A DNA stretch of 64,000 nucleotides from Lingula anatina (GCA_051362555.1 CM120640.1:48710788-48774787); one strand, 5' to 3'. Numbered from the stretch's first letter, positions 1 to 12,961 are shown. Translations and numbers: made by a program. The notes: a model not told the origin generated them from the sequence alone.

Positions 1-56
1 ATAGAGTGTTGGTCATTTGGGTCAGTAAAGGTACAGGTACATGTACGGGTACATCA

Positions 57-733
57 CCCCGGTGAAGTTGATTCCTGGTTCCTTATTCCTTATTCGGTTA
101 CTTATTCAAATGTGAAGTTGGTTACTTATTCCCGGTTCCTTATTCGGTTACTTATTCAACTTTTTTATGTTTTTTTATGATTTTGATGCTAGAATACCTG
201 TTTCATCATACTAGCACCCCCTCTTCATCTAGATGACACCCTAAAATTGTTAAATATACCAATAAAAACACAAAATATAACCCATTCCTTATTCAAAAGT
301 CCTGTTACTTATTCGGTTACTTATTCCTTATTCGGTTACTTATTCCTTATTCGGTTACTTATTCAACTTTTTTATGTTTTTTTATGATTTTGATGCTAAA
401 ATACCTGTTTCATCATACTAGCACCCCCTCTTCATCTAGATGACACCCTAAAATTGTTAAATATACCACTAAAAACACAAAATATAACCCATTACTTATT
501 CAAAAGTCCTGTTACTTTATTTTTTTGGTGGTATATTTAACAATTTTAGGGTGTCATCTAGATGAAGAGGGGGTGCTAGTATGATGAAACAGGTATTCTA
601 GCATCAAAATCATAAAAAAACATAAAAAAGTTGAATAAGTAACCGAATAAGGAACCGGGAATAAGTAACCAACTTCACATTTGAATAAGTAACCGAATAA
701 GGAATAAGGAACCAGGAATCAACTTCACAGGGG
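57..733. mobile_element. Foldback/MITE-like element with about 200-bp terminal inverted repeats and an internal direct duplication of one arm
   Basis: Left end CCCCGGTGAAGTTGATTCCTGGTTCC pairs with right end GGAACCAGGAATCAACTTCACAGGGG. Positions 61-265 are the reverse complement of about 525-728. About 141-307 is repeated directly at about 345-516. Short TTATTC(C/G) subrepeats are present. Flanks are CA/TA (possible mutated TA TSD). Confidence 0.8.
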
Positions 734-2323
734 TATTTTTGGGACTAAAACATCATTCTCGGTTTCCTGATTTTCTCAGGCACCTGGACAGCTATAAACA
801 TGCTTTTACTTGAACAAAGTACTACATGTACAAAAGGAGTTCTTGCACAAAGAAGTTCTTGTTCATGAATATCTTTGGGTTATCTATGTCTCTAAGTCAT
901 ACTAGATTAATATTCAGATCATTAGTAGGTTCTTTTACTAATTTAAACTACAGTAGTGCAATACCTGTACCGTGGTGTGTCATCTTGTCATCAGTGTTTT
1001 GTTATTTCCTTAATGAATTGTTGGAGCAAGGTACGTACGTGTAAGGAGTGAGAATTTTTTATCTTTTAATGTAGGAATTAAACATGCTGGTTATCTATGC
1101 AGTATGTTCATCAAACTGAAAATCTCAGTGTGGCACCAGGTGCACAATTATATCAACTCTCTAATATCACACATATTATTTGATGTCAATATTGTAGATG
1201 GCATTTGAGATACATGAGCTGCTGTGCAGTACAAAAAATAAAAAGATAAAAATGCACACAATGAAATACTAGTTTTTGGAAAAAATAAATGCCAGATGCA
1301 GGAGTCAGTGAATTTCATTAATTTTTGTAGTTATATGTACATTACTTCACAAAAATATTCATGAATGAATTGAGGTACATGAAATTATCACACATATGAC
1401 ACAATTTTTAATTATAATGAAACAAAGTTGATCAAAAACTCCAAAGTCAACCACAGTATACTGGCAGTTACTTGACAACCTATAGCTAACCAGAAATTCC
1501 AGTTATTTATTTACATCTACACATCGATTCTTTAATTATGAAGGAGACCTTGTAAGTCATAGTAGTACAGTACAATGCCATATTTTTTCATTTGATAATT
1601 CTAGAATTTAATGAGTCTTTATTTAAAAAATAACACATGAAAAACTTCAAACCACATTACCTTTTTAATGCTACAAAAATGGATACTGCCAATTTGTTTA
1701 GATTATCCAAGTTTTACACAAAATGAATTTGCATAATCCACCAATATTAACAGATCTGGCAGATGAAACGTTATCAAAAGCAACAGCATATTAAGGTTTA
1801 ACCTGGAATAACCAATAGTATACCCAATGTTTTTTTTCCATTTGTAAAAAAAATGGGTGCAACAAAAAGTTTGATTTCCATAAAAAATCAATCAATCACT
1901 GTTGTGAACCAACATATTAACTTGTCTGGCCTATAGGTGAATTTATGGTATAAGGTTTTAGGGTCACATACCTCTCTCCCCTTTAGACCTCCCAAATCTG
2001 TATATAAAAATTCTAATGGGACAATGAAAAAAGATTAGCCTTGCATATGTGCCCTCTTCCACCACCACCACACACACACACACATACACACACACACACT
2101 ACAGAAGAAATGTATAACTTCACCATCTATAAAATAAAAAAAAACAAAAAATATTTAATATACAAAATATATTCCATCAAAATTTCTGATGCATCTCAAA
2201 ACAAATCTGTTCCCAATAAAAGGAGAAAGAGAGTGAGCTACAACTGTAGTTACTGGTGAAGGTCTAGTTTGTGTCCAGAATGTTACATAATCATACAGCT
2301 ATCTGGCAACCTGTCATGAGCTC

Positions 2324-3214
2324 TTAGAGGCATGTCCAGCTGACATAACCATTTTTAAACCGAGTTTCATCTTCATCATTTCCAAATTGTAAATCCTGAG
2401 TTCCATTTTTATTAATTTCGCACATAGAAAACCAGTGTTTGTTAGAAGGTTTTTTTGTATAAGCCTCTTGTTCTGATATTGTAACCTCTGAGGTAGATCG
2501 ATCCATTCTCCCAAAAAACTTTGAAGAAGAGTTCAACAAACTTGGGGGACTCTCCCACATTGACTCTTGTTTGTCCCCTACAATCATCTCTCTTAGAGGG
2601 CCACTGGTAGTTAGTGCATGTGTATTCTCAGATTTTGTAAAAGAAATATATCCTGAATCAGGTGACACTGGTTCCGTGTCAGACATGTCACCTGAGGATG
2701 GTAACGATGATGATCTATCAGAGCTGTCAGGCACACCACCCTGAGGGTCATATTGAATGTCAAACCTTGAATATCCCTGGGGTGTGTTATTTAATTTTAG
2801 GCATAGAGAATTATGGCATGTAATACATGGATCTATTTGTGAGGCTTTACTCTTTAGCCCACTGATGTCTCTGCATTTGTCTTTCCAGACTTTATTTTGT
2901 GTTGGGTCAGAAGATGATTCTTGCTTAATATCTAAATGTGAAAGTGAGTTTTTACGACCACAGGACTGACAACCACTCTGGTCAGCAATGCAAATTCCTT
3001 TCTTTTCTATTTCTATCACACCCCTGTCTTGTGGTAGCTTTGTGTTTGTTATTTCATATAAAAGTGGGGTCCTTATATCCCTTTGTCTGATGGCAGTACA
3101 TGTGTCTAGTGCAGAAGATAGATCATTTTCGTCATGGCTGATATTTTCATCATATAAGCTGCTATCATGGACCAGTCCACTGTCAGCATTACTGACTCTC
3201 GTATAAGAGTCATA
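2324..3214 (-). CDS. Terminal exon of the cytokine receptor: Ser/Asp-rich intracellular tail with tyrosine motifs
   Basis: Acceptor ttttag|TAT at 3214, in frame with ORF 2324..3019. Encodes YDPQ, DSGYIS and GYVSW. Confidence 0.85.
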   Translation of the reverse strand, partial: YDSYTRVSNADSGLVHDSSLYDENISHDENDLSSALDTCTAIRQRDIRTPLLYEITNTKLPQDRGVIEIEKKGICIADQSGCQSCGRKNSLSHLDIKQESSSDPTQNKVWKDKCRDISGLKSKASQIDPCITCHNSLCLKLNNTPQGYSRFDIQYDPQGGVPDSSDRSSSLPSSGDMSDTEPVSPDSGYISFTKSENTHALTTSGPLREMIVGDKQESMWESPPSLLNSSSKFFGRMDRSTSEVTISEQEAYTKKPSNKHWFSMCEINKNGTQDLQFGNDEDETRFKNGYVSWTCL

Positions 3215-3259
3215 CTAAAATATAAATAAAATAGCGAAAAATTACATAATTATAAGAGT

Positions 3260-3306
<47 letters not shown>

Positions 3307-6300
3307 CATAATTTTTATGAAAACAACTTATGAATGAATAAACAGAAACAGTGGATATAGTAATGTAGTAATTTGTGAGCTTGTACCATGATTCAGAAAA
3401 AATATGTCCAATATAGTTTTTTAATACAGAATAATTCTATTAACAGCAGTATATGTGTAAATTTAAAATATGGAGATTTCTTTAGAAAATAATATGTGAC
3501 TTTTATCTGGCTGGAATCTTAATGCATGTAACACAAAATAGCATTTATAGAGGCTTCACCTTCATGTTGTAATCATATGCCAAGTGGGAATCAGTAGTAA
3601 TATCAGGTTCATGAGGAATATCTGGTACCTTAATGGAAAGAGATATATGTCAACGTTAGATGTTAGGTATTGATCAGATTGATATGCATCAGGCACAGTG
3701 CATATTGCTAAAAGCATTCACCTTCTGACACCCTCACATGTCTAGCTGGCTGTTGTCATTTAATTTACCTGTTATACAATCCAACCAAGTTGAAAAACCA
3801 AATGCATCTTTTTTTTTTGTCAAACTACTTCACAGTAGTAATTAAAGCAGCAACTAGCTTGATCAGTCAATACACAAGTCTTCCCCCATCCCCCATTCTG
3901 AACCAAATTCTACAACTCTTGCAAAATTTTACACTGATTCATGGAACTTCAGGCTATCTTGGATGATGTACTTTAGTATAAAGTCAATTAATAGAAATAA
4001 ATAAACTACAAATCACAAATTAATAAGATATTTTAAACTTTGACATTAAAATCGAGAGGATACTCACTTCAATGTCCAGTGTACCATATATTTTCCTCTT
4101 TAACCATAATCCAAGACTATGTATCAAAAGAAAAAATTTGTTATGGTCTACAAACTAATATAAATGCAGTTCAAACATTTGAATTATAAAGTTGTTACAA
4201 AAATGTATCACTTCTTTCATTTGGGAATCAGTTTGAATCACTGGCTTTAATTAAACTTTTTTAAATCATAGAAACCTTTTTATTTCCATAATGAGGATTA
4301 CAACTTACCATGCAATCACAATTGCAGCAACAATAATAATTGGTAAAATGAACCCTATTAAAAGAACTGACATGTTCTGAGGAAGAGGTGTCCAGGAACT
4401 CTTTGAATCTGAAATAGCTAGGTTAACAAAAAGTATTAATATTTGAAGCCAAACATTGCAATTTATGATAAAAGTTATCTATTTTCTTTGCAATCATTAG
4501 TGTTCATGTTAAGTTTTTCTTCAGCTTAGAAGTATAGACACACCATTGAAAATTGTGTTAGATGTGTCATCTCAACCCAACACATTCTGTTGTGACTTAC
4601 TGGTCTCACTTAAATTTCCACATGTGACCACCGTCAGTGAACTCCAGTACAGTCCTCCCTGCGGTCTCACTGCTATGCTGATGTTATACTGGTTTGTTGC
4701 TGGTGCAACATTGGTCAAATATATAGTTGCATTCATGGTTTTGGATCTATTCAGGTATACAACCACCTATTATGTGTACAATGAATATCTGTGAGAATAG
4801 AAGCATATCTATTGATATTTCCATAGTTAATGTGAAAGTCAAATGACCAAGTTTTCAATATCAAAGTTTTTTCATAAAGTTTTCATTGTTCTACATTAAA
4901 TAAAATTTTGTTTTGTGTCTTTTCTGCTCTTTCACATAACTTGCCATACTCATTGAGATTTTATAACATTTTTCAAGACGTTGAAGTAAATTTTCAACCA
5001 ATTTAAAGTACCAGTATTAATACAAAAATAGGCATATAGGATGAACAGAACATAAATAAAATCAATTCATACTTACTGTGTGATTGTCTGGTTCAATCCT
5101 GTATTCAACCCTGTACTGCAGGCCACGACCCACTGTAGATAAAATATAATCCTCCATGATGTTCCTTCCTGAGGGGGATGCTTGCCATGACAAACTGATC
5201 ATTGAGTTGTTCACTGCTATAGCTTTGACATTTCTGATAGGGTTCAGCTTCACTGTTTTTTGAAAAAAAAAAGCAACAAATCTCTTTTAAGGTTGCAGAT
5301 AAGTCCAGATACATAATTATAAAAACTTAATGCAATCAAATAAAAATGGTCTCATTCACTTCCCAGGTGATCTTCTATTGCATTATAAAGACTTGGGGAC
5401 AATGGTTCTGTCTATGTTCAATAAATCCTGTTCTTTACCAAGGACATTATATCAGATACAATACAATACATTTTTCTATACAGTAGCTATAGATATATAA
5501 ATTAAACTAAAATTACTCACCAGATTTAAAAATGTCCACTTCTGTGATAGCTGATGTACTCTCCCCCAAAACATTTTTACCCTGAACCTTGAAATATTGG
5601 GAAATACCGGTAATATACTTTGAGTCCAATGTGCACTTTTGTCCCTGGCGATCGCATGGTGTATAGGATACATTGCTGGAAATAGCAATTAAAGTACATT
5701 ATTTATAAGTAGAAAAAGTATTCTTTTGTTGTCCCCATGCAGAAAATTAGACTGTGTTCCCATAAACCCATTATACTAGATGGATCAATCCAACTCTACA
5801 GGGCTGCCTAAGGCCTCATTCAGAATAGGGGACTAACTAGTCCGAGGGTCAAATATGGCCGACCCATCTGAATACTTCCCCACGGGATATCTATTCAATG
5901 TCTATCAGCGGATTAGACGGCAAGCTTTGTAGTGGGTCGCCATATTTGACCCTCGGACTAGTTAGTCCACTATTCTGAATGGGACCTAAGGTTACCTCTT
6001 AGGTCTGTTTATGTGTGTAAGGGGGCATTCAGAACAAATTGATCTGCAGACTAACAGATACGCAGGTAAAATACTGTATTGCTGACTCACTTAATTGAAA
6101 GCTTGTCCTATATTCCCATTACAGAGACTGAATAGATTCCCAGCAGAGATAAACTTTCAACTTGGTTGGCCATATTTGGTCTTCAGATCTGTTAGTCTGC
6201 AGATGAACTTCGGGTGTGAATGCAGTCTAAGTGAACTTCTTGAATCTTGTAATTAATAGCCAATACATTTGTTTTTATTTCATTTCCCATCTCCTATCTT

Positions 6301-7876
6301 ATATCCAGTTAGAAATTTACAAATGCCTCAAATAGATGACTCAAAAACAGTGTATTTTCTTTCCTGGGAAGGTGGGGGTGTCTTGGTGGAGGTGTAGGGA
6401 GGGAATTGTCTTGGGGGGAATTGTTGGGGGGGGGGGGGGGCTGAATGATACAACACACTATACTTACTATACTTTAGGTTACAGAGGTATTACCTATAAT
6501 GGACCATGATTAGCCATGCCAATAACCTGGCTACATCACTCATCAGGGGGTTGAGATGAATGAAAAGAGTTGTAACGCCAATGTACATACCACTGCAAGG
6601 ACCAGTCTAACATCTATGTAAAATTGTCCAATTGAAACATGGCTAAGGGAATGGGATCATTAATCTCCAAGTATCCCCAAAGAATGCACTTAAAACAAGA
6701 AAAATGCAACTCCTATCAGTATGTGGAAACTCACTCGTTACTTTTAAGTGCTGTCCAGTTGGTGGATATCAGAGGGTCTCTTCCTGTGGTCCAGCTGCAG
6801 GTTAATTCCTCAAAGTTGTATGAGATACAAGAAATGGTAGCCTTATCTGGGGGGTCTTTGAAAAAGAAAGCCATATGACATATTAACTTTTTGTTACAGT
6901 CTGACATGATTATTTTGTAGTATATACATGACAGTGGCATGCAATGCGTGCATGTGCTGCCTAAGCTGCTGTTGCATGTTACGCTGCATGGACAGTGATA
7001 AAATGCATACTCACATCCCACTTCCACATACTGAGCCTCATATCCAGTACTTGGATTATGATCACAATAGTAGGTGCCTTTACGTACATCTTTAACATGG
7101 AGTTGCACAGTGGAGTTATCAAGCACTGCAACATTCTCCTGAGAGAAGTTTTTGTAAATATTGTGGAAGCTATAGCTGAAGTAGATATTCTTGGGCTGGA
7201 GGTTGGGATCCTCCAGGTAACAGGTGAGAGTGAGTGAAGAGCCAGCTTCAACCACTGGGTCTTTGGGCATTAATCCTAAAAATTGAAAAGTTTACAAACC
7301 ACTTATAAAATTTCTCACATTCTAGATTCTTCTGCTAAAGACGATGTGTTTTCTAACAATTTTTGATATTTTGAGTGTAAGAATATAGCTGGCAACCATA
7401 AGCTCCACTGAACACTGCAAATGCTACTGTAAACAGTAACTGTGACATGGAACATTATATAGATCTAAATATTCATGATATTGTTTACAGCAATAAAGCA
7501 ACTCAGCAGTACCAATATTGACTTAAAATCTTTGTTTTAGGCAGTAACGTATCTTTTTATAATATGAAAGTCAGTCAGACAAAATTTATCTTGTATGGTG
7601 ACTTCTTTAAGAGGAAATTCCTGACAAAATAAACCTTCAATGCAAGTAAATAAATAAAAAAAAAATAATAATAACAATAATAATAATCACAGTCTTTGTC
7701 TGCAAGACTTTTTTCCTCAACTTATTATTATAATATGATACTTAGCCTTTTAATTTGATGGAAAATTGAATATATCACATCAACGTAAGGAAAAAACACT
7801 GATACTTACTAAGACTGGCCACTGTAGACGTATTTATCATTAGAACTGCAGTGATGAGTTGCCACATGGTCAGCAT
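2324..7876 (-). CDS. Class I (hematopoietin) cytokine receptor, short form: SP-Ig-CHR-TM-long tail, about 684 aa, 10 coding exons
   Basis: Exons in minus orientation: 7876-7810 (MLTMWQLITAVLMINTSTVASL, signal peptide); 7275-7015 (Ig, PKDPVVEAGSSLTLTC...GTYYC); 6855-6735 (YPPDKATISCISYNFEELTCSW, C-x9-C-x-W); 5675-5521 (C3/C4, FKVQGKNVLGES); 5252-5077; 4766-4601 (GGLYWSS, partial WSXWS); 4408-4309 (TM, LLIGFILPIIIVAAIVIA); 4116-4068; 3628-3560 (VPDIP, Box1-like); 3214-2324. All introns are GT-AG with phases 1,1,2,1,0,1,2,0,0, giving one open 2055-nt frame. Confidence 0.9.
3262..3304. repeat. (GT)n microsatellite
   Basis: Direct reading of the sequence. Confidence 0.95.
5812..5986. mobile_element. 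Tourist/PIF-Harbinger-like MITE
   Basis: Inverted repeats of about 60 bp (GGCCTCATTCAGAATAG...GACTAACTAGTCCGAGGGTCAAATATGG and its complement), flanked by TAA on both sides. Confidence 0.85.
6021..6227. mobile_element. Second, more decayed Tourist-like MITE
   Basis: GCATTCA...ATCTGCAGACTAACAGAT pairs with ATCTGTTAGTCTGCAGAT...TGAATGC. TAA on both flanks. Confidence 0.7.
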
Positions 7877-8840
7877 GGCACTACTACAGTAGTACTTTAA
7901 TGGAGGTAGTCATCAGTTTTGTTATTTAAAACAATTACCATTCATATGTATTAGGTGGAGAAATCCAGGTCTTTATCAGCAGTCACATCTGAAAGGTTGA
8001 AATGGTGTCAACTGTACTGGTACAGTAGGTGTATCATGATCTTAGATCAGTGAAGGTTATATTGATGGGTCAACTTTTTGTCAGATCTGATAACATTTCA
8101 AAGAGAAATGATAATATTCAAGATTAAAAGATAAAACAAAATAAAATATCCAACTGCTATAGTGTTGAACTGAATGTACTAGTAGAACTGAGGAAAATAC
8201 ATGTATCCCCATTGTTGCACAAATGACATAAAAACAGTTTATGAAGATATGTGGAACCCTTAATATATCATATTGGAATTGATATTTATGTCCTAACCCC
8301 CTGCTCCAGCTATAAATGGAGTCATGCAAGGAAGTTACAAACTGTACATGGCTTGGAGCATTAGTATATACTGTCATTTGGCAATAATATGAAAGTTTTC
8401 TTCAGTGTTAATTTTTGTTAATCATAACTTATTTACAAAATAACCTGTCCTCTTTTCAAATGCAGACAATCTCTATCTTTCTATAGCTCTCTTTTTCTCC
8501 CTCTCACACTCTTTCTCTACCAACCACCTCCTATCCCCAATTTACCTACCCCCTATCTCTCTTATCTTTATTTTTAATTATTTATAGTTGTACATCCTGT
8601 CATGATTGCAGTCAAATTCTATTTGTGCAGTTTTTAACACAATACTAAATTTACCCATCACTGCTGTCATGCATGTATGTATGTATATTCACACTGCACT
8701 GACATTGCACTGATTCACCTGAATAATCAAATTGGATATCAACATTAAATAAACAATGTATATAAAAGAGTTGATAATATCTTCAGACTTCTTTGTATCT
8801 TGAAGCTTGGTTTTGCAAAAATAAGAAAAATAAGAACACA

Positions 8841-8861
8841 TAAAATAAATAAATAAATAGA

Positions 8862-8900
<39 letters not shown>

Positions 8901-8901
8901 A
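8841..8901. repeat. (TAAA)n microsatellite
   Basis: Direct reading. It explains the spurious FIYL-repeat ORF 8689..8952. Confidence 0.95.
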
Positions 8902-9257
8902 TGTCTCACCTCCTAAATGCAAACAACATGTATTTTGGAGAAAAAGAAACATTTAACATTTTTGTCAAGAGTCCTGAACAATATTCTCATACAAACTGAA
9001 TCATTACAGCCCATTAACCCCCAAACTGTGTGAGTTCCACTGTGTGCAATTTAATCATACTCACCTTTTGTGCTGATACGTTTTTGTAAATTATTGACAT
9101 CCCATGGAAACATGACAGCTCATGTTTCATAATTATCTTAATACAGACAGGCATATTACGAGTATAACTCCTGATAAAGATGGCAGATGAGCACAACCTC
9201 TCTGTGGTGGCATTTATCTGCGAAATATCTTTATTTGTCAATATTATCAACATTTAA

Positions 9258-9981
9258 AGGAGCATGAAAGCAGCAAGGCAGGGGAAATATAAAAATGCTG
9301 AACTTCACGTTAAAAAGTTTTGCTCTCTTTCATAAACAGTAATTAAGAAATAGATAAAGTAAAAGAAATAGAAAATCATGACTTCTTCAGTGTCAAATGA
9401 TGGGCCGAAAGAACAGCCTACACAACTGTCCAAATATGCCAGTATATTTTAGAATACTATTTATACAAAACACCTACCTTGTTTCACTATACCTGCACGT
9501 AGCACTGCATCTTTTACAGGTGCATACTAACAATATTGGACTCGGTATACAGACTAAAAAACTGGAAAGAACTTAGGCTTGCCTCAGGTCCAGCGATTGC
9601 CCCCAAAGTATGTATGTCCAGGCCAAGACTGAGTGTAAAGGTGTCACAACCCTACAGGGTCAGCTTGGTGGATTAATAAGGCAACACCATTTTATTACAT
9701 TCATCGTGTAGTGCACACGAGGTATTAAAAAAGAATTTAGGTCAATGACTGTTTTATAGTTTGTTATAAAGGGTGTCATATAATGGGCATATAGAATGAT
9801 TTTGCTATTAAAAAATGATAAGAGTTTTTATTGAAACTATTTCCCTTGCTTTTGAAAGTTTGAGTTACAGTTTATTTTCATTAGGTTTGAAATAACAATG
9901 TATCTGGTTGTTTTTGACAACTTTTTAGCATCAGTTATAGTATTTTAGTAAAAAATAAACACAATGCATCTGGTTCCTCCT
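9258..9981. mobile_element. Putative Kolobok-like non-autonomous element
   Basis: TTAA|AGGAGCA ... TCCTCCT|TTAA termini. The TIR is short and imperfect. Confidence 0.45.
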
Positions 9982-12961
9982 TTAATATGTTATGAAGAAA
10001 GTGTGGAGTAAAAAGAACATTAAAATTTTGAAACTAGTCTGCTAATTTTGTTTTCTTTCTTGGACCAGTGCCTTGTTATATCACACAGTTATTCCTGATG
10101 TTGATGTTCACTTGTAAATCAGGAAAACCACATAAAAGTAATAAGACAAGATTAACTGGAGGGCATTAATGGCATGCCAAGAAGAATATTCTTGGTATGT
10201 TAACATGAAGGGGCCATTTAGATTGGTGTTGTTCCAATAACTTCTAGTTATGTCAACATCCCAAATTATGGTAATTTTTCGGTCTTTTCAATGGGTAAAA
10301 CTGATAAAACTTGTAGGCACATAATTTTATAATAATAAAAATCATATCTTTATATAGCCTTTGAGGTGCTTTTACTGCATAGGAAAGGAGGTAGAGTAGC
10401 CTGCTTTTTAATTTTGTAGCTACCACTCATGAGGAATGTTCTGATTTTAGGAAATTATGATTTAAAAAAATAGACTTAATGTAAAATTCACAATTTACCC
10501 ACACTGAAAAAAACCAAGTTTTTACAGTATTTCTATAATTTCTTTTGTGTATATTCTTTTTTTGCCCTATCAACAAACAATCAAACCAACTGACAGACAA
10601 CGACAAAAATAACATCTTTAAAGAAGATATACAAAAATCATTCTTTACAAAACCTAGCATCAAAAAACAAGCTATTTTCTACAATATGATATAAAATATA
10701 CCATTAAGAAGGTCCAGACATAAAATATATCACTAAGAAAGTTAATAAATGTTCAGAAATTCTTTTTTAGGACAGGACTGGCAACTCCCAAAAGCTAATG
10801 AGCATTTAAATATGGGGACCTTTCCTTTCAATAATTATTATTTGGATATTTTACCTGCCCTCTATATTTAGTTTTTCATCTACCATTTAAAGTGATTTTT
10901 AAAGAATTTTTAAAAGAAATCTCTTGATCAAAATTTCATTTTTAATCAAATAAATAAATAATATAGAACAGAATGTGAAGTCTTGTTTCAATACTACATT
11001 ACACTATGTTTTCTATCAATTCAATCAGCTTCACATGAATGTCATGCCTCCTTGAGCAGCTAGTTAAAAGTTGATAACCCTCTTGGTGAGAATCCCCTGT
11101 AAAGTTGGACTGATGTGTCTATCATAGAGAAATGAAGTTGATCTTTCATGGTTTGTTACACAATAAAAGCCAAAACTGAAAACCCATTTCAAAATTTCCC
11201 ACCAACAATTCCCATATACTTCCCTATAAAACTTTAATGATGATGATGATTTTGTTCCCATTCTTAAAAGTTTGGATGATTTCACATAGATCTGCATCAC
11301 ATATGTTGTAGAATTATGCAGAACTGGACAAAAATGCTCTTGTGGTATAAAGCTGAAGCCTTGATATTCATAAAATACAGCATTGTGTTTTTTTTGCATG
11401 TAACATGTATTTTTGAAATACCAGTATACTCACCAATTGTTTGTCTGCAGTTAGCCCTAATTACACTCTATGGAATAAATGTCTGTGACCTATAGTTCAT
11501 AAACATACACAAATAAATATCAAGCAGTATGTCCCAGCCTACTTATTTAAATCCCAATCCTGTTTGTGGTTTTATAAGTGATATTTTTAAACAGTTTCTT
11601 TATTCTTTATTACTCCTTTGCATGGTAAAGTAGACTTCTTATCTCAAAACAATACAGTTCAAGTCTCTCACATATGTAATGGAGACAAAAATCCTTCCAC
11701 ACGCTTCATTATGTGTTCCATCATTATTGAAAGAAAAAATTTGTCTGACATTTCATGTCTTATAAAATTCTCCTTAGTAACATCACGTGCATCCTAATTA
11801 CCTTATGATTTGCATATTCCTCTTTGAAAGGGATATGAGTATGCACTGTAACTTACCAGTACTAGTAACTACCGGTATCTCAAGAAGTGTGTGTGAATTT
11901 CCACTGTTATATTTTGGTTTCACAGCCTATTCTTCCTGGTGTTATGGACTACCTGATAATCATGTGCATCAATATTTGATGTATTGATAATGGATAAATA
12001 CAAAAAATTCCACACCCACCTAAAAATGCCACATACTCTGTTTGTAAGATCAATAAAAAAATATGGATGAAAAACACAACAGGATCAATGTCCTTGTATG
12101 TAAAACATCAATAACAATGCAGGGGCATATCTTGGTTCTGCTCTGTCAACCTGTAGTCTTTATTAGAGAAAAAGGTCAATACACTATATTTTCCTTCCGT
12201 TACAGTGTATACAATTTATTCATTTCTTGACGAATCGAAAATCAACATACTATTACTAATAAGGTTTTTTAGCAGCTGCTTGATGGCTCTTGAAGAAATA
12301 AATTTCCTCATCAATAGGTAACAACAATACTAAAATGCAATACAGTGGCTGGAGTAATTCACTGAAAATCTTTAATCAGTTTGAACTGAAGCAGGCTTCT
12401 CAGTATGTGACATCATTCTGATCCTTTCCAGTCTTTACTTCATTTGGCAAGACTAAAAAGTTTACAAACGCGTTCAATGAAAGTAACATTAACACTCATT
12501 CTCAATATATAGGTCCATTTGAAGAAAACAAAAAAGTGAAAAATGAAGTTCAAGATTTATTTAGAAATTTTATTTTTTCTGAATCTCTAGTGACAGAAAG
12601 TGATAAATCTAGCTTTTTGTGTGAATCATGGTAAAATTCATGCCTCTCTAGTATTGGGAAATTTTCATACTTAGTAACGAAGGTTTCAGCTTTCTGATAA
12701 TATTTGCAAGTTATTAATACTTACAAAAATTAGATTATTACAAGATGCACATTTACTTTAATGATACATATTTTGTCCTCAACCTCAAGTATATTTTTTA
12801 ACAATGCCTGGTAATAAAGAAACTTTCTGGGAGAATGCAGTTTTGCCTACAGTTTCATGGAAAATATTTACTGTACTCTGTCACCATATCGTCTAGCTAA
12901 TCAGGGATGTAACTGAATTAAATATTTTATTAATGGATAAAATATTACTAAAACATCAAAC

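Noticed and set aside
6361-6370. TTCCTGGGAA STAT6-type site in the receptor intron
   Set aside because: A single short motif is expected by chance in 64 kb, and there is no clustering evidence.
6478-6689. Possible alternative exon in the cytokine receptor intron (ttttaag acceptor, gtaagt donor)
   Set aside because: There are stop codons in all three frames. The exon at 5675-5521 supplies the expected C3/C4 segment in the correct phase.
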